DNA of 64,000 nucleotides, taken from contig CAWDVE010000010.1 of assembly GCA_963805625.1 (NCBI GenBank), forward strand, positions 1,504,001 to 1,568,000, written 5' to 3'. This document shows, piece by piece, positions 10,349 through 20,216 of this stretch. The stretch's first letter is position 1. Each line of letters starts with the position of its first letter. The DNA is from an uncultured Candidatus Rokubacteria bacterium. Its GTDB lineage: Bacteria; Methylomirabilota; Methylomirabilia; Rokubacteriales; DASRDR01. The notes beneath the pieces are model-generated. The model was not told where the DNA came from. It did not search any database and saw only the letters and a program-made list of their open reading frames with translations. The position numbers were made by a program, and so were the translations under genes.

Positions 10349-10385
10349 GGCCGGTCTCGCGCCGGCTGTCAGGAGCGGCGGTCGG

Positions 10386-11561
10386 TCATGGCTTCATGCG
10401 GGCCTTCACCGGGTCCTTGACGTTCTCGACCTTGTCGAACTCCACGTTCCGGAGCTGCCCCCCGACCTTCTCCACCCGCCGGATGTAGACGGTCTGGATG
10501 ATGTCGCGCGTCTCGGGGTCGATGGCGACGGGCCCCCGCGGGCTCTCCCACTGCATGCCCTTGGCCGCCGCGACGAGCGCGTCGCCGTCTGTCTTGCCCC
10601 CGGTCTTCTTCAGCGCCTCGTAGATGAGGTGCATGCCGTCGTAGCCTCCGATGCTGTAGATGTTGGGGTTCCGCCCACTGGCCTCGTGGTAGGCCTTCAC
10701 GAACTCCCGATTCAGCGTCGAATCGTGATTGTAGTCGTAGTGATAAACGGTGACGAGCCCGAGCCCGGCGTCGCCCATGCTCCGGAGCGCCTCCTCCTCC
10801 GTCAGCTCCCCCTGCCCCAGGATCCGCGTCTTCCGGGGGTCGATGCCGCGCTCAGCCAGCGTCTTGCCTATCGCGGCCGGCTGCACGCCGCCGGGTACCC
10901 AGATGTAGATCGCCTCCGGGCTCAGGTCCTTGGCGCGCTGGATGAAGGCCGAGAAGTCGGGATTCGCCACCGGGAACCGCACCGATCCGACGATCTCCCC
11001 ACCGGCTTCCTTGAATGCGCGCTGGAACGCGCCCTCCGCGTCGTGGGCCGGGCCGAAGTCGGACACCATCGAGTAGAGCTTGCGGACGCCGCTCCGGAAC
11101 GCCCACGCCCCGAACGACTCGTTCAGCTGCGGGGTGGTGACCGAGGTCCGCACGATGTACGGGGACTTCGTCGTGATGATCGACGTGGCGGCGTTCATCA
11201 CCACCATGAGCTTCTTCGCCTCCGCCGACACGTCACCGGCGGCGAGCGCGTTGGGCGTGAGGACGAAGCCGGCGAGGATGTCCACCTGGTCGCGCACGAT
11301 CAGCTCCTGCGCCAGGCGCTTGGCGACGTCGGGCGCAGCGCCGCCGGTGTCCCGGCGTATGAACTCGAGCTTGCGGCCCGCGACGGTGTCGCCCTTCTGC
11401 TTCACGTAGAGCTTGATGGCGTTGTCCATCTGGGTCGCCGTGTCGGCGAACTGGCCCGAGTACGGCATGATCAGCCCGATCTTGACGGGTGACTGGGCAT
11501 CGGCCGAGGCGACGGCGAGGAGGATGGCGAGGCTGCCTAGTCCAATCACGATCCTTCGCAT
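10386..11561 (-). CDS. Liv-type ABC substrate-binding protein (aromatic-compound-binding subtype likely)
   Basis: GGAGGG RBS before ATG 11561, signal peptide, VKIGLIMPYSGQFA, GGYDGMHLIY, WESPRGP..IDPETRDIIQ. Confidence 0.9.
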   Translation of the reverse strand: MRRIVIGLGSLAILLAVASADAQSPVKIGLIMPYSGQFADTATQMDNAIKLYVKQKGDTVAGRKLEFIRRDTGGAAPDVAKRLAQELIVRDQVDILAGFVLTPNALAAGDVSAEAKKLMVVMNAATSIITTKSPYIVRTSVTTPQLNESFGAWAFRSGVRKLYSMVSDFGPAHDAEGAFQRAFKEAGGEIVGSVRFPVANPDFSAFIQRAKDLSPEAIYIWVPGGVQPAAIGKTLAERGIDPRKTRILGQGELTEEEALRSMGDAGLGLVTVYHYDYNHDSTLNREFVKAYHEASGRNPNIYSIGGYDGMHLIYEALKKTGGKTDGDALVAAAKGMQWESPRGPVAIDPETRDIIQTVYIRRVEKVGGQLRNVEFDKVENVKDPVKARMKP

Positions 11562-11706
11562 TGGTGCCCTCCCTGGAGGAGAAACGGGCCGCGGTCCCTG
11601 GACCCCGGGGAGCAGCATAGAGCACCTGCCGACCCGTTGGCCACTGGCGGGAGCACGACCATGTCCCCCTCGACGGCGTAGAACGACCGGAGAGTCCCGC
11701 CCTCTG

Positions 11707-14412
11707 TCATGTCGAGCCTCGGACACAGAGGGACGTGATCGCCCCCTCACCCCGGTACGGGAGCCACACCTCCACCCGCACCGCCCGCCCCGGCCGCTCC
11801 CCCAGCGCCAGCTCCGTCGCGCCACCCGAGAACGTGAAGAGCGTCCGCCCCGCCCACGCCCACTCCGCCACGGGGCGAGCGCCGTCCACCGTCCGCCAGG
11901 TGCCGCCGTCGTCGGACAGCCCCACCCCGAGGATCGCCGCGTACCGGGTCGAGACCCGCGGGTGCTCGAGCCGGATCGTGGCGAGGCGTGTGAGCTCCGG
12001 CAGACGTCCCTCGACGACGTAACGCGCGCTGCGGCCGTCGGGCTCGGGCGTCTCGGACGCTACGCGCCAGTCCAGCGGCCGACAGCGGCCCGACGTGACC
12101 AGCGGCCCGGCCAGCTGGAACAGCACCGCGGGCCCGATCGGTTCGGACGTGACGGGCACGCCCGCCGCCTCGAATCGCTCGCGCAGCTCTGTGGCGTCTT
12201 CCGCCGCCACCAGGGCGGCGTCCGTCTCCCGGAGCCGGAGGCGCGCGTAGAGATGGGTCGGCGGGGAGAACCCGTGACTGTTGAGCACGCCGTTGGCCGG
12301 CAGGGTGGCGACCGCCCCCTTCGTCACGAGCGTCACCCGGGCGGACACGACCGGATCGGCCAGGAGCCGCGTCACGCCGCGGGCGCGGATGGCGCGGAGC
12401 AAGGCGTCGACGTCCGGCCCTTCCTGCACGGGCTGATCGACGGCCTCGTAGACAAAGAGCTCCCCCACCATCCCGACGCCGACCGAGCCCGGCTCCGCAG
12501 GGCGGATGCGCAGGTACCGGGCTGATCGGGGCGCCGTCACCAGCTCGAGCCAGCCGTTGCGTGGCCGGAACAACGGGCGCCGCCCGGCGATGAAGATCGG
12601 CTGCGCCACCTCCGCCGGCGTGACGCCCAGGCGGTCCCACGTGATCGCGTCCGGCGAGGCCGCGACCTCAAGCGGCACGATCACGTCGGTCAGCGCCGTG
12701 GGCCAGAGGATGAGGCGCGCCACGGACCGGGGCGCCCCGAGGTCCAGCACGAGCGGGTCCGCCTCCGACTGGGCGAGCCGCTGCGCGGGCCAGACGGTGC
12801 CCAGGTCGCCGTCCGCCGCGGCCGGCGGTGAATCGGGCTGACCGAGGGCCCGCCACTCTGCCCGGGGCAGCAGCCGGTACGCGCGGCCCGGAACGCGGAC
12901 ATCCTCGTAGAGCCGCTCCTCGCCGAACCGCACCACCGACGCGGTCGCGCCGACCGCCTCGAGCTGCTCGGGGATTCGCGCGCCCCGCCGGGATGCGAGG
13001 ATCGCCACGCGCTCCGACGCGTCGGCCGGGATCGCCGACGGGTAGTAGACCTCCGACATGAGCGCCGAGATCCGCGGGCGGCTCAGGAGGAATTGCCAGC
13101 GGAGACTCTCCATGGGGTCGTCCACGAGGAGCGCCTCGGCGGTCCGGGCCTCGAGACGCTGGGCGAGCGCCGCCCGCGCGGCCATCTCGGCGCCGCGCCG
13201 CGCCCGCTCGGCTGGCCGGAGCGGCCACAGGTAGGCGAGGTTCGTCCACAGGTGGAACGCCAGGACGAACGCCAGCACGGTTCCCGCCGCCAGTCGCGAG
13301 CGGCGCGCCAGACGCGTGATCGCCGCCCCAAGGAACAGCAGGAGGGGAATGTACGCCGGCAGGAGGTACCGGCCTCGCGACATCTGCCACAGGAGGTTGA
13401 ACGTGGAGCCGTAGAGCGCCGCGTAAGTGGCGCCGAGCGTCAGCAGCAGGAGCCAGAGGCCCCACGCCCGGCGCGTCGGCGCCCCGCCGCGGAGAGCGCG
13501 GATCGCCTCCACGCCGGCGAGACCGACCGCCGCCGCATACAGGCTCAGGCACAGCCCCAGAGCCAGGAGCCGGGCGGGCGTGTCGGGCTCCCAGTAGTAC
13601 GTACCCACGACGAGCGGCACGGCGTTGGTGAGGAACTCCCACATCCGCGCCCACGAGAGGTCGATGTCGGATTCGAGGAACCGCCGGGCGGAGCCGAGAT
13701 TCCCCTGCCCCGGATCCGGGTGGGTGAGGTAGAAGAGCCAGGCCGGAAGGTTGCCTACCAGGAACCCGGCGCCAAGGAGCCAGCCTCCGCGCCGCAGCGG
13801 CAGGCGCGGGTCGTGGATCAGGAGGACCAGGAGGATCGGGCCCAGCACCACCAGGGTCTTCATGCTCGTCCAGCACGCCAGCCCCGCGATGAATCCCAGG
13901 CCCGCGAGGGCCCGGATGCGAGGGGACCCCGCCGGCGCCGTCAGGGCCACCAGGGCCACCAGCAGGAGAAGCACGCCGAACGTGTTGGTCTCAAAATGCG
14001 GCTCCGCGACCGTGCTGTAGTACGTGAGCAGAAAAGGCGGGATCGCGGCGAGAAGGAGCGTCACCCGGGCTGCCGATTCATCGTAGAGCCGCCGTGCCAG
14101 GACGTAGAGACCGAGCGGAAACAAGAGGGACCAGGCAACCGCGTTCAGCCGTACCAGGAGGACGGAGGGCCCGAACAGGAACAAGGCCGGGACCATGTGG
14201 AAGCCGTTTAGCGATCCCATGAACGACTGCCGGTAGAAGAACGCCGGCAGGTCCTCGCCGCTCAGGATGTGCTTCGCCATCAGGGCCACGGTGGCGTCGT
14301 CGCCGGAGATGTTCTGGTAGAACATCGCCGCGACGCGCACGAGCGCCGCCAGCCCGAGGAGCGCCACGACGACGGGCCAGCGTGACAGGCGCGGCGGCGC
14401 GGGCGTCGCCAC
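11707..14412 (-). CDS. 901-aa GT-C (ArnT/PMT-like) membrane glycosyltransferase with two C-terminal discoidin/F5-8-type-C-like domains
   Basis: DD motif after TM1 (SGDDATVALMAKHIL), ~11 TM segments, RYLLP; then AADGDLGTVW..LVLDLGAPRSV..SPDAITW..ARYLRI and a second SDDGGTW repeat. Confidence 0.75.
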   Translation of the reverse strand: MATPAPPRLSRWPVVVALLGLAALVRVAAMFYQNISGDDATVALMAKHILSGEDLPAFFYRQSFMGSLNGFHMVPALFLFGPSVLLVRLNAVAWSLLFPLGLYVLARRLYDESAARVTLLLAAIPPFLLTYYSTVAEPHFETNTFGVLLLLVALVALTAPAGSPRIRALAGLGFIAGLACWTSMKTLVVLGPILLVLLIHDPRLPLRRGGWLLGAGFLVGNLPAWLFYLTHPDPGQGNLGSARRFLESDIDLSWARMWEFLTNAVPLVVGTYYWEPDTPARLLALGLCLSLYAAAVGLAGVEAIRALRGGAPTRRAWGLWLLLLTLGATYAALYGSTFNLLWQMSRGRYLLPAYIPLLLFLGAAITRLARRSRLAAGTVLAFVLAFHLWTNLAYLWPLRPAERARRGAEMAARAALAQRLEARTAEALLVDDPMESLRWQFLLSRPRISALMSEVYYPSAIPADASERVAILASRRGARIPEQLEAVGATASVVRFGEERLYEDVRVPGRAYRLLPRAEWRALGQPDSPPAAADGDLGTVWPAQRLAQSEADPLVLDLGAPRSVARLILWPTALTDVIVPLEVAASPDAITWDRLGVTPAEVAQPIFIAGRRPLFRPRNGWLELVTAPRSARYLRIRPAEPGSVGVGMVGELFVYEAVDQPVQEGPDVDALLRAIRARGVTRLLADPVVSARVTLVTKGAVATLPANGVLNSHGFSPPTHLYARLRLRETDAALVAAEDATELRERFEAAGVPVTSEPIGPAVLFQLAGPLVTSGRCRPLDWRVASETPEPDGRSARYVVEGRLPELTRLATIRLEHPRVSTRYAAILGVGLSDDGGTWRTVDGARPVAEWAWAGRTLFTFSGGATELALGERPGRAVRVEVWLPYRGEGAITSLCVRGST

Positions 14413-14582
14413 GGGGTCTAGCGCGCCCGTGATGTATGGCTCCTGGCGCTCGAGTCCGAGCTACTCCTCATGGGCATCCTCCGTGACGATCTCAGCGTGG
14501 GCCGCCGACCCGGCCACCGCAAACGATACAACCCTCCGCCGGTCACCTCCACGAACAACGATCGCACCTCTTCCGGCTGGAT

Positions 14583-14775
14583 CACCCCGAACGTGTTGGT
14601 CTCGAAGTGCGGCTCCGCCACGTTGCGTAGTACGTCAGCAGGAAGGGCGGGACCGCGGCAAGGAGGGGCGTCGCGCGGGCGGCTCTCGTAGAACGTCGCC
14701 GCAACACGGCGCCAGCCCCAGGACGGCGGCGACGACGAACCAGCGCGAGCGGTGCGGCGGGGCCGGTGCCGCCCT
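14583..14775 (-). pseudogene. degenerate, internally deleted 5' copy of the adjacent GT-C gene
   Basis: Reads AAPAPPHRSRWFVVAAVLGLA / RVAATFYE / AARATPLLAAVPPFLLTYY / VAEPHFETNTFGV, matching 14412-13972 with frameshifts. Confidence 0.85.
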
Positions 14776-14779
14776 GCGT

Positions 14780-17038
14780 CTAGCGCACTCGTGGGGTGTA
14801 GCTCTTGACGGAGACGTACTGGTCGGGCCACGGGAGATCGTAGTCCTGCTCCCGGGCAGCGTGGCGGGTCCAGTAGGGGTCGTAGAGATGGCCGCGGGCG
14901 AGAACGCACAGGTCCGCCCGGCCAGCGGCGAGGATCGAGTTGGCGTCGGCGTGCGTGGACAGGTTCCCGACCGTCATCGTCGGGATCCCCGCCTCGTGGC
15001 GGATCCGGTCGCTGAACGGAGTTTGGTAGAGCCGCCCGTAGACGGGCTTCTGGTGCCGCACCGTCTGGCCCGTGGAGACCGTGACGGCGTCGCAGCCGTG
15101 CGCCCTGAGCCGCGCCGCGATCCGGACCGCGTCGTCGGCGGTCGTGCCGCCCGGGGCCCAGTCCGTGGCCGAGATCTTGACCGAGATGGGCTTGGCCGCC
15201 GGCCAGGCGGCCCGGACCGCGTCGAAGACCTCGAGGGGGTAGCGCATCCGGAGCTCGAGCAGTCCCCCGTAGGCGTCCGTGCGTAGGTTGGTGAGAGGCG
15301 AGATGAAGCTCGCCAGGAGATAGCCATGCGCCATGTGGAGCTCGAGCATGTCGAATCCGGCATCGTCGGCCATCCGGGCGGCTTCTCTGAACTGGTCGCG
15401 GACCAGATCCATGTCTTCGCGGGTCATCTCGCGCGGGACCTGGCTGTGCGGGGAGTACGGAAGAGGCGAGGCGGACACAAGCGGCCAGTTTCCGTCCCGA
15501 AGCGGCTCGTCGATGCCCTCCCACATGCGCCGCGTCGAGCCCTTGCGCCCGGCGTGGGCGAGCTGGAGCGCGATCCGTGCCCCGGTGTGGCGGTGGACGA
15601 AGTCCACGATGCGCCGCCACGCGTCGACGTGCTCCGGCTTGTACATCCCAGTGCACCCCGGGCTGATGCGCCCCTCCCGGCTCACGTCGGTCATCTCGGC
15701 CACGATCAGGGCGGCCCCGCCCGCCGCGCGGCTGCCGAGATGGACGAGGTGCCAGTCGTTCGGCGTTCCGTCCTCGGCCGAGTACTGGCACATCGGCGAC
15801 ACGACGATGCGGTTGGAGAGAACGAGGTCGCGGAGGCGGAACGGCGTGAACATGGGCGGCGGAACCCGCGCCGGCGCCGCCGGGAGGGGCACGCCGCTCT
15901 GCCGCGCGGCGCCCTCCGCGAACCACCGGTCCACCGTCGCGACGAACCGGGGATCCCGGACCTTGAGGTTGTCGTGCGTGACCCGGAGGCTCCGCGTGAG
16001 GAGGCTCATCGCGAACTGGATGGGCTCGAGACGCTGGTACCGCTCGGTCGTCTCGAACCATTCGAGACTCACCTGGGCCGCGCGCTGGAGGCTCTCGACC
16101 TCGGGCCGCCGCTCCGCCTCGTAGGCCGCGAGGGCGGCCGGAACCGCCGGGTGGCGCTGGAGCGCCCGGCTGAGCGCGACGGCGTCCTCCATGGCGAGCT
16201 TCGTCCCGGAGCCCACCGAGAAGTGCGCGGTGTGGGCGGCGTCGCCGACCAGGACGACGTTGTCGTGCGACCAGCGCTCGTTCCGGACAACGGGGAAGTT
16301 CCGCCAGAGCGACCGGTTCTTGAGGATGGGGTGGCCCTTGAGCTCGTCCGCGAACAGCTCCTCCGTGAACGCCACCGTGTCGTCCTCGGACGCCTCGTCG
16401 AGGCCCGCCCGCCGCCAGGTGGCGTCGGTGGTCTCCAGGATAAAGGTGGCGTGCTGCGCGTCGTAGCGGTACGCGTGGACCCGCCAGAGCCCGTGCACGT
16501 CCTCCTTGAAGAGGAAGGTGAAGGCCGGGAACGGACAGGTCGTGCCGAGCCAGACGAAGCGGTTGGGCCGCCACTCGATCCGGCGGCCGAACCGCTCGGC
16601 GTGGCGGGCCCGGATCGCGCTGTTGACCCCGTCCGCGGCGAGGATCACGTCCGCATCCCGGTACGGGGCGAGGTCGCGCACCTCCGTCTGGTACTCGAGC
16701 GTCACGCCGAGGCTCCGGCACCGGCGCTGCAGGATGTCGAGGAGGAGCTGCCGCGACATCCCGGCGAAGCCGTGGCCCGTCGAGGTGACGACGGTGCCGC
16801 GGTAGTGGATGTCGATGTCGTCCCAATGGGCGAAGGCGCGGACGATCTCGTCGTGCGTCTCGCGATCGGCCTGGGCGAAGTGCTCAAGAGTCGCGTCGGA
16901 GAAGACGACGCCGAAGCCGAACGTGTCGTCGGGGCGGTTCCGCTCAACGACGGTGACATCGTGCGCGGGATCGACCTTCTTCATGAGGGCCGCGAAGTAG
17001 AGCCCGGCCGGACCCCCGCCGACGCAGACGATCCTCAA
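14780..17038 (-). CDS. abmA: bifunctional 2-aminobenzoyl-CoA/salicylyl-CoA monooxygenase-reductase (FAD monooxygenase fused to an OYE-like domain)
   Basis: [79 protein letters not shown]; GAAGGAGG RBS before TTG. Confidence 0.9.
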   Translation of the reverse strand: MRIVCVGGGPAGLYFAALMKKVDPAHDVTVVERNRPDDTFGFGVVFSDATLEHFAQADRETHDEIVRAFAHWDDIDIHYRGTVVTSTGHGFAGMSRQLLLDILQRRCRSLGVTLEYQTEVRDLAPYRDADVILAADGVNSAIRARHAERFGRRIEWRPNRFVWLGTTCPFPAFTFLFKEDVHGLWRVHAYRYDAQHATFILETTDATWRRAGLDEASEDDTVAFTEELFADELKGHPILKNRSLWRNFPVVRNERWSHDNVVLVGDAAHTAHFSVGSGTKLAMEDAVALSRALQRHPAVPAALAAYEAERRPEVESLQRAAQVSLEWFETTERYQRLEPIQFAMSLLTRSLRVTHDNLKVRDPRFVATVDRWFAEGAARQSGVPLPAAPARVPPPMFTPFRLRDLVLSNRIVVSPMCQYSAEDGTPNDWHLVHLGSRAAGGAALIVAEMTDVSREGRISPGCTGMYKPEHVDAWRRIVDFVHRHTGARIALQLAHAGRKGSTRRMWEGIDEPLRDGNWPLVSASPLPYSPHSQVPREMTREDMDLVRDQFREAARMADDAGFDMLELHMAHGYLLASFISPLTNLRTDAYGGLLELRMRYPLEVFDAVRAAWPAAKPISVKISATDWAPGGTTADDAVRIAARLRAHGCDAVTVSTGQTVRHQKPVYGRLYQTPFSDRIRHEAGIPTMTVGNLSTHADANSILAAGRADLCVLARGHLYDPYWTRHAAREQDYDLPWPDQYVSVKSYTPRVR

Positions 17039-17156
17039 CCGCGCGCCTCCTTCGATCCTGGCGCCCCTGGCGACCCCGGTCCCGACGCGAGCCGGGGACG
17101 ACGTCGGCGGTAGTGTATCACCGCGCGTCGCGCCGGCCGGAGCTCGCGCCGCGGCG

Positions 17157-17184
17157 GCACGCGTCCGCGTGCACGCGTCCGCGT
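17157..17184. repeat. perfect 14-bp tandem repeat (GCACGCGTCCGCGT)x2 abutting a -35 box
   Basis: Read directly at 17157-17170 and 17171-17184. Confidence 0.8.
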
Positions 17185-17213
17185 TGACCCGCCTTCGGAG
17201 CGGCGTCTATACT
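17184..17213 (+). promoter_or_regulatory. sigma70-like promoter, probably giving a leaderless SDR mRNA
   Basis: TTGACC, 18 nt, TATACT, then 7 nt to the GTG start; no SD sequence. Confidence 0.6.
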
Positions 17214-17220
17214 GCGCGCC

Positions 17221-17997
17221 GTGAAGCTACCGGACCGCGTCGCCCTCGTGACCGGCGGCGGCCGGGGCATCGGGCGGGCGATCGCGCTCGCGTTCGCCCG
17301 CGAGGGCGCCCACGTCGCCGTCACCGCGCGCACGGGCGCGGAGCTCGACTCCGTCGCCGCGGAGATCCGGGCGCTCGGCAGGAAGGCGCTCGCCGTGCCC
17401 TGCGACGTCGGCGAGCGGGCCCAGGTCGACGACGCCGTGCGGCGTGTCGCGGAAGGCCTCGGCCCGGTCCAGATCCTGGTCAACAACGCGGGCATCGCCG
17501 TCTCCGCGAAGCTCCTCGACACGGACGACGCGCTCTGGGAGCGTCACCTCCGCGTGAACCTGACGGGCGCGTTCCTGATGACCCGCGCGGTCCTGCCCGG
17601 CATGCTGGCGGCGCGGTGGGGCCGCATCATCAACATTGCTTCGATCGCGGGCCGCCAAGGGTACCCGCTCATCGCCGCCTACGCGGCTTCAAAGCACGGC
17701 CTGCTCGGGCTGACCCGCGCCCTCGCTCAGGAGGTCGTGACAGCGGGCGTGACGGTGAACGCCATCTGCCCGGGCTACGTGGCGACCGAAATGACGTGGG
17801 CCGGCGCCCGGAACATCCAGAAGCGCACCGGGCGCGCGTACGAGGAAGCGATTCAGGCGCTCGCGGCCTTCTCTCCGCAGAGGCGCCTGATAGAGCCCGA
17901 GGAGGTGGCAGCGGTGGCCGTGCTGCTCGCCAGCGACGAGGCGCGCGGGGTGACCGCCCAGGCCTGGAACGTCGACGGCGGCGCCGTCCAGGCCTGA
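17221..17997 (+). CDS. SDR family oxidoreductase (3-hydroxyacyl-CoA/3-hydroxybutyrate dehydrogenase-like, AbmB-like)
   Basis: TGGGRGIG, NNAG, YAASK, NAICPGYV. Confidence 0.9.
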   Translation: MKLPDRVALVTGGGRGIGRAIALAFAREGAHVAVTARTGAELDSVAAEIRALGRKALAVPCDVGERAQVDDAVRRVAEGLGPVQILVNNAGIAVSAKLLDTDDALWERHLRVNLTGAFLMTRAVLPGMLAARWGRIINIASIAGRQGYPLIAAYAASKHGLLGLTRALAQEVVTAGVTVNAICPGYVATEMTWAGARNIQKRTGRAYEEAIQALAAFSPQRRLIEPEEVAAVAVLLASDEARGVTAQAWNVDGGAVQA

Positions 17998-18002
17998 GAC
18001 CG

Positions 18003-18314
18003 ATGGGCCTCTACCACGGGTTCGACTACCGGATCGAGGAAGGCGTCGGGACGGTGACATTCGCCCGTCCCGACACGCTGAACTCCCTCACGTTCGAGGT
18101 CTACGCGGAGCTCGGGCGGCTGGCGCTCGAGTGCCAGACCGACGAGCCCGTCCGCGTCCTCGTCCTCACCGGCACCGGCAAGGGCTTCTGCTCGGGCGGC
18201 GACGTGCGCGAGATCATCGGCGAGCTCTTCAAGCGCGACGTCAAGGGCATGCTCCAGTTACGCGCATGACGGGCCTTCACGGAGAAGCGCCCGCCCCGCT
18301 TCACCGGCCGCTGA
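18003..18314 (+). pseudogene. enoyl-CoA hydratase (AbmC-like) remnant: ~90 N-terminal codons joined to the last 13 codons
   Basis: RPDTLNSLTFEVYAEL..GTGKGFCSGGDVREIIG..LQ(F)TRMTG, then directly AFTEKRPPRFTGR*; 1-nt loss near 18259. Confidence 0.85.
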
Positions 18315-18390
18315 CGGGGTCAGACTTTGACTTCTATACAGGCCGCGCCACCCCGCTGGTGAATTCTTTGAGGGTCAAAGTCTGACCCCG
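18315..18390. repeat. REP/MITE-like inverted-repeat element
   Basis: Perfect 17-bp IR CGGGGTCAGACTTTGAC (18315-18331) / GTCAAAGTCTGACCCCG (18374-18390) with a 42-nt spacer. Confidence 0.85.
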
Positions 18391-18401
18391 AGGAGGGACT
18401 C

Positions 18402-18800
18402 GTGCCGAAGGTGATCGTGAATCCGCCCTGGCTGCCGAAGCCCTCGGGCTACTCACACGGCATCGAGGCGCAGGGCCGGATCCTCTTTATCGCCGGCCAG
18501 ACGGCCCTGGACGCCGACGGCCGGATCGTCCCGGCCGGTGACCTAGTCGGCCAGTTCCGGCACGCGCTGGCCAACGTCGGCGCCGTCGTCGGCGCGCGCG
18601 GCGGGACGCTGCGCGACCTCGTCAAGGTGACATTTTATGTGGTCGACAAGCGCGAGTACCGCAGGAGGGCCCCCGAGATCGGGCAGGTCTACCGTGAGAT
18701 GATGGAGGGCCACTGGCCCGCCACCACGCTGGTGGAGGTGCAGGGGCTCTGGGACGACGACGCCCTGATCGAGATCGACGCGATCGCGGTCCTCGGCTAG
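18402..18800 (+). CDS. RidA/YjgF/UK114 family protein (AbmF-like)
   Basis: PKPSGYSHG, LFIAGQ, WPATTLVEV, LIEIDAIA; GAGGAGG RBS. Confidence 0.9.
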   Translation: MPKVIVNPPWLPKPSGYSHGIEAQGRILFIAGQTALDADGRIVPAGDLVGQFRHALANVGAVVGARGGTLRDLVKVTFYVVDKREYRRRAPEIGQVYREMMEGHWPATTLVEVQGLWDDDALIEIDAIAVLG

Positions 18801-18809
18801 GAGGCGACA

Positions 18810-19307
18810 ATGCAGGTCGGCCCCGTCTATCACACCGGCTTCACGGTGAGCGACATCGAGCGCTCGCTGGTCTTCTACCGGGACGTCCTCGGTCTCACCC
18901 TCGTCAAGCGGCAGACGGGCACCGCGCCCTACCTGGCGACCATCACGGGCTTCGAGGGGGTGCGCCTCGAGACCGCGCATCTCCAGCCGGCGGCCGGCGG
19001 CAGCATGCTGGAGCTACTCCAGTACGTCTCGCACCCCGCGCCGCCAACCGATCGCGCCACGAACCGCCCCGGCAACGGCCACCTCTGCTTCAAGGTCGAC
19101 GACGTGCGGGCGGCCTCCGCCGAGCTCCGGCGCCGGGGCGTGACGCTGATCTCGGAGCCGGCGGAGATCACCGCGGGCGCCCACGCCGGTGGCTGGGGCG
19201 TCTACCTCCGGGACCCGGACGGCTTCACCGTAGAGCTCTACCAGGGCCCGTCGGCGAGCCCGGCCGACGCGGCGGCCGCCACGGCCGGCGCGACCCACCG
19301 CGCCTGA
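18810..19307 (+). CDS. VOC/glyoxalase family protein
   Basis: HTGFTVSDIERSLVFYRDVLG, LELLQY, HLCFKVDD, YLRDPDGFTVEL. Confidence 0.9.
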   Translation: MQVGPVYHTGFTVSDIERSLVFYRDVLGLTLVKRQTGTAPYLATITGFEGVRLETAHLQPAAGGSMLELLQYVSHPAPPTDRATNRPGNGHLCFKVDDVRAASAELRRRGVTLISEPAEITAGAHAGGWGVYLRDPDGFTVELYQGPSASPADAAAATAGATHRA

Positions 19308-19813
19308 TGAGCCGCGACGGCTCGACGCCTCTGGTCGGTCGGGTCGCCGGGGCGCTCGCCTGGCGGGTGTTCGTCAGCACGGCCTACACGACCGGGCTGA
19401 CGCTCCTGATCCCCTTCGTCGCGCTGCGCGTCCAGCCCGCCGAGCTCGAGCTCGTGCCGGTCGCGATGTCGCCGGTGCTCCTGTGGGTGGCGATCGGGCT
19501 GATGGCGGCGGCGCTGATCGTGCGGCTCTCGGTGACCCACTCCCTGAGCGGCTCGCTCAAGGCGCTCGGAATGCTGACCTTCCTCCCGGGCTTCATCGGC
19601 ATTCTCGCGTCGATCTTCGGGCGCGAGTGGCTCCTGAACCGGTTCGCGGACACGGTGCCGCGCTTCCAGGAGGTCCGCCCGGCGATCGAGCTCTACCTCG
19701 ACCGCGCCGTGCCCCAGGTCGTCTACCTGACGGTGGGCTTCTTCGTCGCCGGCGTGCTCCTGCTGACGCTCGGCAGCCGGCTCGCCCCGACGCGCCCGCC
19801 CGCCGGATCCTGA
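19307..19813 (+). CDS. hypothetical 4-TM membrane protein
   Basis: TGATG-coupled to the VOC gene; four hydrophobic segments; high GC at third codon positions. Confidence 0.7.
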   Translation: MSRDGSTPLVGRVAGALAWRVFVSTAYTTGLTLLIPFVALRVQPAELELVPVAMSPVLLWVAIGLMAAALIVRLSVTHSLSGSLKALGMLTFLPGFIGILASIFGREWLLNRFADTVPRFQEVRPAIELYLDRAVPQVVYLTVGFFVAGVLLLTLGSRLAPTRPPAGS

Positions 19814-19817
19814 GGCG

Positions 19818-20078
19818 TCAGCGACCTCGCTGGCTCCAGAGCAGGAGCAGCAGCAGGGGGACGTAAAGTGCGAGCACGCCCTGGAGCGTCAGCATGGGCC
19901 CTTCCGCTCCGCTGCTGACCAGCGTGCCGCGCGCGACCGGCACGAAAGCCCACAGGGGATCACCGAGGGCGTCGTTCAGGACCTTGCCGAGGAGGCCGAT
20001 CACGGCTCCTGGCAGCAGGAACGGCAAGAGAGAGGCCACGAAGCAGACGATGACGACGACCGTGAAAATCAGGGCCAT
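19818..20078 (-). CDS. small hypothetical membrane protein (86 aa)
   Basis: GAGGAGG RBS before ATG 20078; MALIFTVVVIVCFVASLLPF..., hydrophobic at both ends. Confidence 0.65.
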   Translation of the reverse strand: MALIFTVVVIVCFVASLLPFLLPGAVIGLLGKVLNDALGDPLWAFVPVARGTLVSSGAEGPMLTLQGVLALYVPLLLLLLWSQRGR

Positions 20079-20216
20079 CAGGGCCTCCTCGCATCGCCTA
20101 TCGTCTGCCGACGCATCGGCCGATGTCAACGAATCGGTGGGCCCCGCCGGCGGCCCGCTACGACCCCTGCGCGACCACCGGGCCGGTGGCAGCGCGGCGG
20201 GGCCGAGCCGGCTCCA

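Noticed and set aside
13972-14775. Diversity-generating retroelement TR/VR pair
   Set aside because: Mismatches between the two copies are mostly synonymous C/T/G changes rather than adenine-specific, and no reverse transcriptase gene is present.
14418-16826. 802-aa ORF as a real overlapping gene
   Set aside because: Arg/Pro-rich alternative frame of abmA; only its tail picks up the decayed GT fragment (AEPHFETNTFGV).
18267-18269. Selenocysteine or readthrough at the in-frame TGA of the hydratase remnant
   Set aside because: The TGA arises from a 1-nt loss in the F-T-R-M-T-G codons, is not at a Cys position, and the gene lacks its middle anyway.
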